Of a DNA stretch of 64,000 nucleotides, positions 17,936-26,386 are shown in pieces. The stretch is from Candidatus Latescibacterota bacterium. GTDB lineage: Bacteria; Latescibacterota; UBA2968. The notes beneath the pieces are model-generated. The model made no database searches and had not been told where the DNA came from. It saw only the letters and a list, made by a program, of their open reading frames with translations. Each line of letters begins with the position of its first letter. Position 1 is the first letter of the stretch. A program made the position numbers and the translations under genes. The DNA lies in NCBI GenBank assembly GCA_965204375.1, contig OZ241986.1:4732686-4796685 (forward strand). The letters are read 5' to 3'.

Positions 17936-20362
17936 TTACTCATCTCGCAAGGCATCAATGGGATTGGATCGCGCGGCGCGAATGGCTTGCATGCTTACGG
18001 TTCCAAAGGCGATGATCAGGGCCATTATCGCGCTTGCGACAAATGGCAAGACATTTAAATCTGTCTGATAGGCAAACCCGGAGAGCCAGTCGCGCATCAG
18101 ATAGTAGGCGATTGGCCAGGCGATGAGATTGGCAAGTAGAATGAGCAATATAAATTCGCGGGAGAGTAGCATCACCAGATGAGATGTGGATGCGCCCAGT
18201 ACCTTCCGCACACCAATTTCTTTGGTGCGAGATTGAACCATGAATGCGGCCAGTCCGAACAGTCCCAAACAGGCTACAAAAATTGCCAGTAGTGAAAACA
18301 CGCCGAGCATTTTACCAGTGAGCCGTTCGTTGAAATAGTACCGCTGTATGATCTCGTCCAAAAATATATATCGAAAGGGTGCGTCTGGCACAAAGCGTTT
18401 CCACTGTGTTTCGAGAAATGACAGGGTTTGCGCGGTGTTTTCTGGTCGGACGCGCAGGGCCAGGGAATAAAATAGCCTCCAACGGGCTACGAATCCCATG
18501 GGGGCGATTTCTTCTCGTAGCGTCAAGCTGTGGTAGTCTTTTACGACGCCAATTACGGTCAGGGTTTGGTTGTTAAATGCTGCTGGCGTCTCGATCTGTT
18601 TGCCAATCGGGTCGTCCTCCCAGCCGAGCAGGCGCACGGCTGTTTCGTTCAAAATAATTGCCTGAGAGGTGTCGCTGGCAACATCGGCTGAAAAGACGCG
18701 ACCGCGAAGCACGGGAATGTCGAATATTTCAAAGAACGAATCATCTACCTCGTTTATGCGAATTGTCCGTTCTTTTGTGCGGTCTCCATCGGGCCAGATC
18801 AGTCGCGGTCGTCCACCGTATCCAGAAATGTCGTATCTCAATGCCGATGCGCTGAGGATATTGGGGTGTTCGAGAAATACCTGTTTCACCGTCTGGTGGC
18901 GTGCCGAAAGGCGCATTTGTGGGGCAAATTCATGCTCGCGATCATGAGCGAAGATTGGCACACTTACAATGTGATCGCGCGTGAAACCCATATTTTTGGT
19001 TTCTATATATCGCAGTTGTTGATAAACCACCAGGGTGCAGATCACCAGCAAGATGGACATGCCGAACTGAAAAATCACGAGTCCTTTCTTCAGTCCTGTG
19101 GAACCCGATGAGGAAGACGCCCTACTTTTTAGTGCTGTTACCGGACTAAAGGATGAGAGGAAGAACGCCGGATACCATCCTGCCAGCAATCCGACTACCA
19201 AGGTTAATGCCAGTGCCGCCGGCGCACCTATTATTACTGTAGCCGCGTTGAGGTGTAAATTGCCGCGTACAAATTGGTTGAATAAGGGCAGGCATAACTC
19301 GACCAGTGCCAGGGCAATCAGCAGGGCGACGGAGGTTAAAAGCAGAGATTCAGTTAAAAATTGAATCATCAGTTGTGGACGATGCGCGCCGACCACTTTT
19401 CGCACGCCTACTTCGCGCTTGCGGGTGACAGCGCGAGCAGTTGCCAGATTTGTAAAGTTCACGCATGCAATGACCACTACGATCAGCCCGATAGCCACCA
19501 GTATGTAAATTTGTTGTATGGGGCTGTTGGCAGCCGGGTTAAAATCGGATTCGCCATACAGGTACACGCGGTGCAGGGACTGTAGATGATAGGTGTTTTT
19601 TGCCGCAACTTCATCTCCCATATATTGTTTGATCAACGGCTGCATTTTTGTTTGCAGGGTTTCTGCGTTTTGTCCTGTTTTTAATAGTACGTATGTGTTT
19701 ACTGGACGCCACGATTGCCTGGGTAGCCACATTATCCACGGCGTTTTTCCTACGGAGGGTATTGTGGTTGTGAGTAAGTGAAAATGAAGGTCTGATGAGC
19801 GTTGTGGTGCCTTTACGATACCTGTTACTGTGTACTCGCCTGGAAAAATGCGATTGTCAACAGAAACTGTTTGGCCCATCGGGTCCGTATCGCCAAATAA
19901 ATGTTGCGCCATGTCGTCAGTTATGACCACAGAGTAGGGTGTGCGAAATGCGGTTTCTGGATCGCCTTTTATGAGGGGAAAATCGAACACGTCCAGAAAG
20001 TTGTCATCTATCAGTGCCAGGGTATATCGATTTTTGCGTTTGCCGTATTGTGCAGACACAAGCCACTGCCAGATACGCACCGTTGTTTCTACTTCGGGAA
20101 ATGTTTCTTTCAACACAGGTCCGAGTGCGCCTGATGTGCCTTCTTCATAAGTTGTTTGCGTACTGCTGCGCTTTTCTCGAATCACTTTGTAAATGCGGTC
20201 GCCCAAGGTGTGTGAGCGATCTACTGCAAACTCTTGTTGGATGTACAACAGGATCAAGATGCCACACGCCAGCCCAATGGCAAGTCCCAGTACATTGATG
20301 GTTGTGTACAGTTTGTGCCGCATCAAATTGCGGATCGCAACAGTCAGGTAATTTTTGATCAT
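17936..20362 (-). CDS. MacB/FtsX-type ABC transporter permease, internally duplicated (subfamily A)
   Basis: Start at MIKNYLTVAIRNLMRHKLY (ATG 20362). CVNFTNLATARAVTRKREVGVRKVVGA and CLGLFGLAAFMVQSRTKEIGVRKVLGAS. C-terminus NPIDALRDE. Very close to 34301-36730 and 39129-41558. Confidence 0.85.
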   Translation of the reverse strand: MIKNYLTVAIRNLMRHKLYTTINVLGLAIGLACGILILLYIQQEFAVDRSHTLGDRIYKVIREKRSSTQTTYEEGTSGALGPVLKETFPEVETTVRIWQWLVSAQYGKRKNRYTLALIDDNFLDVFDFPLIKGDPETAFRTPYSVVITDDMAQHLFGDTDPMGQTVSVDNRIFPGEYTVTGIVKAPQRSSDLHFHLLTTTIPSVGKTPWIMWLPRQSWRPVNTYVLLKTGQNAETLQTKMQPLIKQYMGDEVAAKNTYHLQSLHRVYLYGESDFNPAANSPIQQIYILVAIGLIVVVIACVNFTNLATARAVTRKREVGVRKVVGAHRPQLMIQFLTESLLLTSVALLIALALVELCLPLFNQFVRGNLHLNAATVIIGAPAALALTLVVGLLAGWYPAFFLSSFSPVTALKSRASSSSGSTGLKKGLVIFQFGMSILLVICTLVVYQQLRYIETKNMGFTRDHIVSVPIFAHDREHEFAPQMRLSARHQTVKQVFLEHPNILSASALRYDISGYGGRPRLIWPDGDRTKERTIRINEVDDSFFEIFDIPVLRGRVFSADVASDTSQAIILNETAVRLLGWEDDPIGKQIETPAAFNNQTLTVIGVVKDYHSLTLREEIAPMGFVARWRLFYSLALRVRPENTAQTLSFLETQWKRFVPDAPFRYIFLDEIIQRYYFNERLTGKMLGVFSLLAIFVACLGLFGLAAFMVQSRTKEIGVRKVLGASTSHLVMLLSREFILLILLANLIAWPIAYYLMRDWLSGFAYQTDLNVLPFVASAIMALIIAFGTVSMQAIRAARSNPIDALRDE

Positions 20363-20419
20363 GAGTGCCTCCCGAAGCGCGATCTTTTGTAATGAAAAAT
20401 AACGGTTGCACAATTTTAC

Positions 20420-20435
20420 TGCAATAATCGTGCCA
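20420..20435 (-). promoter_or_regulatory. sigma-54 promoter (-24/-12)
   Basis: Minus strand TGGCACGATTATTGCA, a perfect match to TGGCAC-N5-TTGCW, 57 nt upstream of ATG 20362. Confidence 0.8.
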
Positions 20436-20499
20436 AAACAATCAAGTACTGAAATAACAACATGTTATGAAATATTGCTTAAAATTGATAGGTTGAATA

Positions 20500-20538
20500 G
20501 TGTCCGATTTTGATACAGTAGTGTCCGAAAATGAACAC
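20500..20538 (-). promoter_or_regulatory. 39-bp two-site upstream activating sequence (putative enhancer-binding-protein site), copy 1
   Basis: GTGTCCGATTTTGATACAGTAGTGTCCGAAAATGAACAC, identical in four copies. It lies 64 nt upstream of the -24 element. Confidence 0.7.
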
Positions 20539-20542
20539 TTAA

Positions 20543-20582
20543 AATACAACAGACACATTGTTTTTAATGTGTCTGTTGTATT
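20543..20582 (-). terminator. intrinsic terminator hairpin downstream of permease 20794-23274
   Basis: Perfect 17-bp stem (20543-20559 / 20566-20582) with a 6-nt loop. On the minus strand the stem runs into TTTTAA. Confidence 0.6.
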
Positions 20583-20793
20583 AGCCGTAGAACCATTATT
20601 TGTTCAGGATTTTATTCTACAACGCGGAAATAGACGTATTTCCTATCCGTCTGATCAGTTTGCTTGTCCTTCGCCAATACGGTCAATTGATAAATCCCTT
20701 CGGGCACCTGATTCACATCGATTTGCAAATACGTAAAATCATCTTCTCGATCTGTATCTATTGTGAACCAGTAAAAGAATGAGACGCTTGTTT

Positions 20794-23274
20794 TTACTCC
20801 GTCCGCAAAGCATCCACTGGATTCGTGCGTGCGGCTTTGAGTGCTTGATAGGTCATGGTTGTAAGTGCGAGCAAGAGCGCGAGAGCACCGCCTATGAGAA
20901 AATACATAAGGTGTAGATCGATGCGATAGGCGAAGTCCTGCAACCATCTGCTCGAAAACAGATAGGCTATTGGACAGGCTATTGCACAGGCGATGATTAC
21001 GAGTTTGACAAATTCTCTGGATAACAACCCAAAAATACTGAATACCGATGCGCCCAGAACTTTCCGTATGCCAATTTCTTTTGTTTTTTGTTCTGCGCGA
21101 AACGATATCAGGCCGAGCAGTCCCAGGCAGGCTACGAAGATGGTCAGTCCGGAAAATACTGCCAATGCATTCCCCGTGCGGATTTCATTTTGATAACGCA
21201 CGCGTGTCAGGTCATCATTCAAGAACCAGAAAGTGCATGGAATTTGTGGTAAAAATTGGTGCCATGTTTTCTCTATAAATGCGAGGGTTTCCGGTATGTT
21301 CTGTGTGCCCAGTTTGAGGTAGAGGTGTTTGGCGCCTCCCGTAAAAAGTCTGAATACAACGGGCCGGATGGCATTGTGCAATGTTTGGACGTGAAAATCT
21401 TTCATCACACCTACCACATATCCCTCGGGTCCATTTTTTTCCTTAAAACGCCTGCCAATTGGATCGTCCCATCCGAGATGTCTTGCGGCTGTTTCATTTA
21501 AGATAAGTGGTCGGCCTTTTTCTCGATATGCTTGCACTAATTCTCGATATTTTTCTAACTCCGCACGACTTTCTATTCTTTCTGGCCACTTTGGTGGTTC
21601 TGGTGCCAGACGGCCTGCTGCCAGTTCGATGTTGAAGAAGTCCAGAAAATCGCGGTCAATATCAAACAGACCCATCTGCCAGTCGGCGTCATCGGCTCGA
21701 AACGTTTCTGTTGTATGATATCCACCTTGATGAAAACGCGTGGCTGTTGCGTTCAAAATATTCGGGTGTGCCATGAACACCTGTTTTACCGTGGGAATGC
21801 GCCATCTCAGATCTTCTGAACTACCGTGATGTAGTTGCCGAGAATAGATGAAAAGCGGTATGCCGACTACGAGTTCTTTGTCAAATCCGAGGTCTTTATT
21901 TCGGATATATGCCAGTTGCTCCTGTACGACAACAGTACCTGTGATGAAAGCAATCGAAATTGCAAATTGGAAGATCACGAGTGCTTTTCGCAGCCCAACG
22001 TGTTTCGATCCCGGTATCCAGTCCCCTTTCATTACCTGCGTGGGCAAAAAGGATGAGAGTACAAATGCGGGATAACTACCCGCGAGCACACCAACGCCCA
22101 GCCCAAACCCGATCAATCCGATCATCCACCACAGATTTTCAGTTCTGTGCAATATCAGATCTCGTTGAATAAAACTGTTAAACCGTGGCAGGACCAGTTC
22201 AACTAAGGCGAGTGCTACTATCATTGCAACGAGTGCCACCAGTACTGATTCGCCTAAAAATTGTCCGATCAATTGCTGGCGAGATGCACCCACCACTTTT
22301 CGTAATCCCACCTCGCGTGCTCTGGTGGATGAGCGCGCCGTTGAGAGATTCATAAAATTGACACAGGCGAGTACGAGAATAAAACCCGCGACGAGTCCAA
22401 AGGCATATATCTGGGTGATATCGCCATGGTCCCTAAACTGAAGCCCCAAATCCGGATGGGTATAAAGATGCACGCGCGTGAGGGGTTGCACTATGTACCG
22501 GGTCGTTTGGCGCACGTCATCACCCATGTATCGCGTTATCAAATCGGGCAGTTTTTGCTGTAGTGTGCGGTGGTCGTAGCCTTCGGGCAACAGGAGATAT
22601 GTGAAAAAGGGACGATAAGCGCCCGTGGGTTGCCACATAGACCATAGGTCCGCCAACTGGCCCCTTGGCGTGGCGGTCAGGCAATCGAAATAAAAGGTCG
22701 AGTTGGGCGGAAAGTCGCGCACAATACCCGTTACAAAGTATGTCACCGTGCCGCTCAGTTGTTCGTGATCCACTTGCAGTGTTTTTCCAATTGGATTCTG
22801 ATTTTGGAAGAATTTGCGCGCCATTGATTCTGTTAGCACTATAGAACCCGGTTGGGTCAATGCCGTGCCTGGGACACCGATTACAAATGGGATTGTAAAT
22901 ACATTGAAAATTTCCCGATCTGCGACACATACATCTTGCTGAAAAAAGCGGTCGTCGGTTTTGACCCATGAGGTGAGTATTTGTGTGCGGATGGCTTCCT
23001 GTACTTCGGGAAAATCGCGCTTTAATGCCGGTGCCAGTGCGCCAGATGCACGCGGATTGACCGATGTTGTATTTTCCATTGAAACTGTGCGGATGACGCG
23101 ATAGATGCGGGGTGCATTGGCATGGTGTCGGTCGTAGCTAAATTCATATTGAATGTAGAGGGCGATCAAAATGACGCACGCCATTCCAGTTGCCAGGCCC
23201 AGGATATTAATCGTTGTCAAGCCCCTGTTTTTCAGCAAGGTGCGAATGGTAGCTATGAGATAACTGCGAAACAT
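20794..23274 (-). CDS. MacB/FtsX-type ABC transporter permease, internally duplicated
   Basis: 826 aa. MFRSYLIATIRTLLKNRGL plus a TM helix. CVNFMNLSTARSSTRAREVGLRKVVGA and CLGLLGLISFRAEQKTKEIGIRKVLGAS. C-terminus NPVDALRTE. AGGAGG RBS. Confidence 0.85.
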   Translation of the reverse strand: MFRSYLIATIRTLLKNRGLTTINILGLATGMACVILIALYIQYEFSYDRHHANAPRIYRVIRTVSMENTTSVNPRASGALAPALKRDFPEVQEAIRTQILTSWVKTDDRFFQQDVCVADREIFNVFTIPFVIGVPGTALTQPGSIVLTESMARKFFQNQNPIGKTLQVDHEQLSGTVTYFVTGIVRDFPPNSTFYFDCLTATPRGQLADLWSMWQPTGAYRPFFTYLLLPEGYDHRTLQQKLPDLITRYMGDDVRQTTRYIVQPLTRVHLYTHPDLGLQFRDHGDITQIYAFGLVAGFILVLACVNFMNLSTARSSTRAREVGLRKVVGASRQQLIGQFLGESVLVALVAMIVALALVELVLPRFNSFIQRDLILHRTENLWWMIGLIGFGLGVGVLAGSYPAFVLSSFLPTQVMKGDWIPGSKHVGLRKALVIFQFAISIAFITGTVVVQEQLAYIRNKDLGFDKELVVGIPLFIYSRQLHHGSSEDLRWRIPTVKQVFMAHPNILNATATRFHQGGYHTTETFRADDADWQMGLFDIDRDFLDFFNIELAAGRLAPEPPKWPERIESRAELEKYRELVQAYREKGRPLILNETAARHLGWDDPIGRRFKEKNGPEGYVVGVMKDFHVQTLHNAIRPVVFRLFTGGAKHLYLKLGTQNIPETLAFIEKTWHQFLPQIPCTFWFLNDDLTRVRYQNEIRTGNALAVFSGLTIFVACLGLLGLISFRAEQKTKEIGIRKVLGASVFSIFGLLSREFVKLVIIACAIACPIAYLFSSRWLQDFAYRIDLHLMYFLIGGALALLLALTTMTYQALKAARTNPVDALRTE

Positions 23275-23365
23275 ATTGACCTCCTGATGCAGTTTTCAAC
23301 GCGGGTTAGTATCCCGATGTCCGATGCAATGCGATACGCGAAAGGATGAATGTATAAAAATAGTA

Positions 23366-23381
23366 AGCAATTACTGTGCCA
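23366..23381 (-). promoter_or_regulatory. sigma-54 promoter (-24/-12)
   Basis: Minus strand TGGCACAGTAATTGCT, 91 nt upstream of ATG 23274. Confidence 0.8.
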
Positions 23382-23445
23382 AAAACTTCTTGTCTATATT
23401 TTACAAGTAGTTATGAGAATTTGTGTCATGAGCACAGTTCAATAA

Positions 23446-23484
23446 GTGTCCGATTTTGATACAGTAGTGTCCGAAAATGAACAC
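23446..23484 (-). promoter_or_regulatory. 39-bp two-site upstream activating sequence, copy 2
   Basis: Identical 39-mer, 64 nt upstream of the -24 element. Confidence 0.7.
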
Positions 23485-23499
23485 TTAGCCAATAAAAAT

Positions 23500-23528
23500 A
23501 GGCACATTGTTTTGATTGCAATGTGCCT
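23500..23528 (-). terminator. intrinsic terminator downstream of the HAD hydrolase gene
   Basis: 10-bp stem AGGCACATTG/CAATGTGCCT with a 9-nt loop, followed on the minus strand by ATTTTTATT. Confidence 0.6.
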
Positions 23529-23575
23529 GATGTATTAGCCGTAGAACCATTATTTTGCAATGGCGTTACCCCGGT

Positions 23576-24280
23576 TTAGTGGGTATGATTGATGCGTGCG
23601 AGTAATTCAGGCAGTTCCTCAATTTCAGTAATTGATAACCCACGCCAGCCAATTATGTCTGGTCGCGCGTCATATACATCTTCTAAATCGACTTGCTTTA
23701 GCACGGGTAAGAAACCTATTTCTTTAGCACCGGTCATTTCCTGGCTGCTACCATCGCCCACATAAATACAGACATTTGACGGAAGTCCCAACTGTTCATG
23801 TGCCCGTTTATAGATTTCAATAGCGGGCTTTTGTATTTTTTCTGTACAAGAAAAGAGCGGTAAATCGATATGCTCTGCTAAAGGGGACGTGTGCCAGAGT
23901 AGCGGGACATCTGGACCACAGTTTGTTATGAGTCCAATTTTATAGCCATCATTTTTTAGATTTTGAAGCGTAAGCAGGACCTCAGCCTTTGGTTTCAGTG
24001 TTCTCATTGTGAAGTCGTATCGATATTGTGCGGCAGTGTTGATTTTGCAATCGCCTGGGGAGAGACCAATTTGAGCGCAACATACCGCGATATTCTCTTC
24101 TATTGACCTGAATTTCCCAATACATCGGTCAGAAAAAGAAAGATCGGATGCGTGTCTAAACGCTTCATACGGCACCGACAAAGTTTCGGCCATCAATGCA
24201 AGTACTTTGTCGTACTTTTTTTTGCTAAAATTATCAACCAGTGTCCCAAACAAGTCGAAAATTACTGCCTTAAATTTCAT
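23576..24280 (-). CDS. HAD-superfamily hydrolase
   Basis: Start at MKFKAVIFDLFGTLVD (HAD motif I, DxFGT). Later VGDGSSQEMTGAKEIG (motif IV-like). Confidence 0.75.
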   Translation of the reverse strand: MKFKAVIFDLFGTLVDNFSKKKYDKVLALMAETLSVPYEAFRHASDLSFSDRCIGKFRSIEENIAVCCAQIGLSPGDCKINTAAQYRYDFTMRTLKPKAEVLLTLQNLKNDGYKIGLITNCGPDVPLLWHTSPLAEHIDLPLFSCTEKIQKPAIEIYKRAHEQLGLPSNVCIYVGDGSSQEMTGAKEIGFLPVLKQVDLEDVYDARPDIIGWRGLSITEIEELPELLARINHTH

Positions 24281-24321
24281 TATACCAAACTCTCTGTTCG
24301 GTACTCCTGTGACTGACCTGA

Positions 24322-24738
24322 TCATGATGGTGCTGGTGCCTGGATGAGTTCCAGGTCGGGAATGTCGGAGAAGTCGTGGTCGTCCGACGCAAGCGGACAC
24401 TCTAAGAGTAGTGCGGTTGCAGCAACCCAGGCATCTCCCGTGTTTAGCCTGCGCCCCATACGCTCTTGTTCGCTACGCAGATGTGCAGAGATACGAACCA
24501 GGTCAGAATTCGGCCACACAACTTCATACCGATCAAGGGTCTGCCGTAGGGCATTCTTCCGTCTGTCACCCCAGTTCCCTTTGTAGGCGCCAAACCACAA
24601 CTCTTCCAGTGTCTGAAATGAAATGACTGCACGCCGTCCCACAATGCGCTCCCGGTAGTAGGTAGCCGATTCTGCTCGGCGTATGAGTATTGAGACAACG
24701 CTGGTATCGAGGACGATAGGCGAAGGGTTTGAAAGCAT
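24322..24738 (-). CDS. vapC: PIN-domain toxin (VapC family)
   Basis: 138 aa. IVLDTSVVSIL gives the N-terminal acidic residue. LASDDHDFSDI is typical of PIN domains. Its ATG shares one nucleotide with the upstream stop (TGATG). Confidence 0.75.
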   Translation of the reverse strand: MLSNPSPIVLDTSVVSILIRRAESATYYRERIVGRRAVISFQTLEELWFGAYKGNWGDRRKNALRQTLDRYEVVWPNSDLVRISAHLRSEQERMGRRLNTGDAWVAATALLLECPLASDDHDFSDIPDLELIQAPAPS

Positions 24739-25391
24739 CAGATATTCCGTCCTTCACATATCGCGCGATGAAAAGCCTCCCACTCTTCTTCTGTCAGATT
24801 AATGGTGACTATTTTGTCAGGGTCAAAAATCTTCGGATCCGGGTCGTTGCGAAACGCTTCGAGGTCAAACGGTTCCGAGCACGACCGCGTGCTGGTTATC
24901 TGATCTACATAAATAACATCCCATTCGTCATTGTCTTTGAAGCGACCACGGCCTCTGATCTCGACATACTGTGTCGCCAGCCGACGCATGTCGTCGTTCA
25001 GTGCTGGATCGAAACGCAATGGTACGACCCTTTGTGGGATGAAATGCAGTTCCGCTGTCCCACAAGCCCAGTTCACTTCCATCAGTCGCCCTTCCACCAA
25101 TGCTGGCTCGTCCGGAACCGTCGGCTTTGTTTTGTCGGGTTTCTGCCTTTTTTTTGAGAGGCGGCCTGCAAATAGTGTTTCAACACTGAGGCTTTCATTC
25201 AGGTCGGGCCAATGGATGCCTTCCCCGGTACGTCGCCAGTTGCGTCTTTCTCTGGCGGTAGCGTGTGCGAGCCTGGGATACCATTTCAGAGGCACAGAGA
25301 TGGTTCGTCCATCAGAGAGCACCGCCGTCAGCCTATCCTCGCTTACTTCCACGCGCTCAGCCTGCGGCATATCACTTGTCGAAATATTCAT
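24738..25391 (-). CDS. DUF2442-like N-terminal domain fused to an unknown C-terminal domain; presumed VapC partner
   Basis: RLTAVLSDGRTISVPLKWYPRLAHATARERRNWRRTGEGIHWPDLNESLSVETL matches the DUF2442 pattern, followed by about 130 aa I cannot assign. Start set at MNISTSD (25391) because the upstream 45 nt is a leader conserved with the one at 26387-26432. Confidence 0.5.
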   Translation of the reverse strand: MNISTSDMPQAERVEVSEDRLTAVLSDGRTISVPLKWYPRLAHATARERRNWRRTGEGIHWPDLNESLSVETLFAGRLSKKRQKPDKTKPTVPDEPALVEGRLMEVNWACGTAELHFIPQRVVPLRFDPALNDDMRRLATQYVEIRGRGRFKDNDEWDVIYVDQITSTRSCSEPFDLEAFRNDPDPKIFDPDKIVTINLTEEEWEAFHRAICEGRNI

Positions 25392-25425
25392 CCCATGCCT
25401 CCATGTTGTGCAACTTCTCAGAAGT

Positions 25426-25818
25426 TCATCCGGCATCAACCTCTATCAGTAAATCCGCTGGAATGCCCAGATGTGCTCGCAATGCGCCAATTTGTTCAAT
25501 AGAGAGCGGGCGAGTTCCTTCAAAAAATTCCACTGTCTGACTGCTACTGCCCAGCCACTTTGCCAGATCGTCCCGGGAGAGTCCCTTCTGATCCAGCATA
25601 AAGTCAACCACTTCTTGGGGTGTCGATTGTTCATAGGCCTGCAAATGCGTGTCTTCATAAGCCTGCACGAGTACAGACAAAAACGCCAGTCGCGCATACG
25701 CTTCTGTTCCGGACTGAGGATCTGTATCGAGAAGGGTATCGATTTCAGCGACAGCAAGATCGTATTCTTCTTCCTTTCTCAACACATGAGGTTTGGTGAA
25801 ATCGAGTATGTCAGCCAT
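25426..25818 (-). CDS. HTH-domain protein (HigA/COG5499-like antitoxin or regulator)
   Basis: 130 aa. The C-terminal half QEVVDFMLDQKGLSRDDLAKWLGSSSQTVEFFEGTRPLSIEQIGALRAHLGIPADLL is an XRE-type HTH. The N-terminal helical extension is typical of HigA-like antitoxins. Confidence 0.55.
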   Translation of the reverse strand: MADILDFTKPHVLRKEEEYDLAVAEIDTLLDTDPQSGTEAYARLAFLSVLVQAYEDTHLQAYEQSTPQEVVDFMLDQKGLSRDDLAKWLGSSSQTVEFFEGTRPLSIEQIGALRAHLGIPADLLIEVDAG

Positions 25819-25845
25819 TGGGTACTTCTTTAACGATGTGCAGTT

Positions 25846-26112
25846 TCACAGTTTGCTTTTCATATTTCGATCAAAGAATACGCTCACCACCCGCCAGGGC
25901 GTAACGGTGGTGTTTACGGCTACGCGTAGTACACGGTTACCCTGTTCCGGAATGACCCGAAAAAATCGCTCTACCTCAGGATCATTCGGGTCGGATATAC
26001 GCAACATCGGTTCGGCTACCACCCGTTCGACCCACTCGTGAGGGATCATGCGTTCTGTCCTTGCAAGAACCGCATGTTTGCTAAATTCCAGCTTTATCGG
26101 TCCGGTTGCCAT
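25846..26112 (-). CDS. DUF4258-like small protein (putative toxin)
   Basis: IKLEFSKHAVLARTERMIPHEWVERVV resembles the DUF4258 N-terminal pattern. It sits next to a DUF2283-like gene. Start assumed at MATGPIK (26112). Confidence 0.5.
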   Translation of the reverse strand: MATGPIKLEFSKHAVLARTERMIPHEWVERVVAEPMLRISDPNDPEVERFFRVIPEQGNRVLRVAVNTTVTPWRVVSVFFDRNMKSKL

Positions 26113-26185
26113 ATCGCGCTCATGGGCTTCAGGGTGCGCGGCTGAATATATCCACAATAAAAACGATGGTTCTTGTAGGGAACTG

Positions 26186-26386
26186 TCAAGCTGTCTCGAA
26201 TTCCAGGGTGGAGAGCTTCAGATTGGAGGAGCGTTTCGAGAGATAGAGCAGTTCTACGCCCACCACTTCGTTTGATGCATTGTAATCGAGCACCACGCCG
26301 GGCGAGACCTCTTCTGACTCGACAATAGTAGAGTCGTCAAGGCGCAGATAGAGCGCGTCGGCTTCCTTATCCACATGTAGTTTCAT
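26186..26386 (-). CDS. DUF2283-like small protein (putative antitoxin)
   Basis: 66 aa. MKLHVDKEADALYLRLDDS...VVLDYNASNEVVGVELL is the characteristic DUF2283 pattern. Confidence 0.6.
   Translation of the reverse strand: MKLHVDKEADALYLRLDDSTIVESEEVSPGVVLDYNASNEVVGVELLYLSKRSSNLKLSTLEFETA

Noticed and set aside
20612-20947. Minus-strand ORF whose C-terminus (FTIDTDREDDFTYLQIDVNQVPEGIYQLTVLAKDKQTDQTDRKYVYFRVVE) looks like an Ig-like or sorting-domain tail and fills the roughly 180-nt gap after the permease stop
   Set aside because: Its only start codon lies about 150 nt inside the permease gene in another frame, and there is no start or RBS in the intergenic part. It could be a remnant of a lost gene, but I cannot support a feature call from the sequence alone.
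21248-21264. Additional TGGCAC hits (here, and near 8351, 12001, 31360, 33313, 52350)
   Set aside because: None has TTGC at the correct 5-nt spacing. All lie inside coding regions and none is accompanied by the 39-mer.
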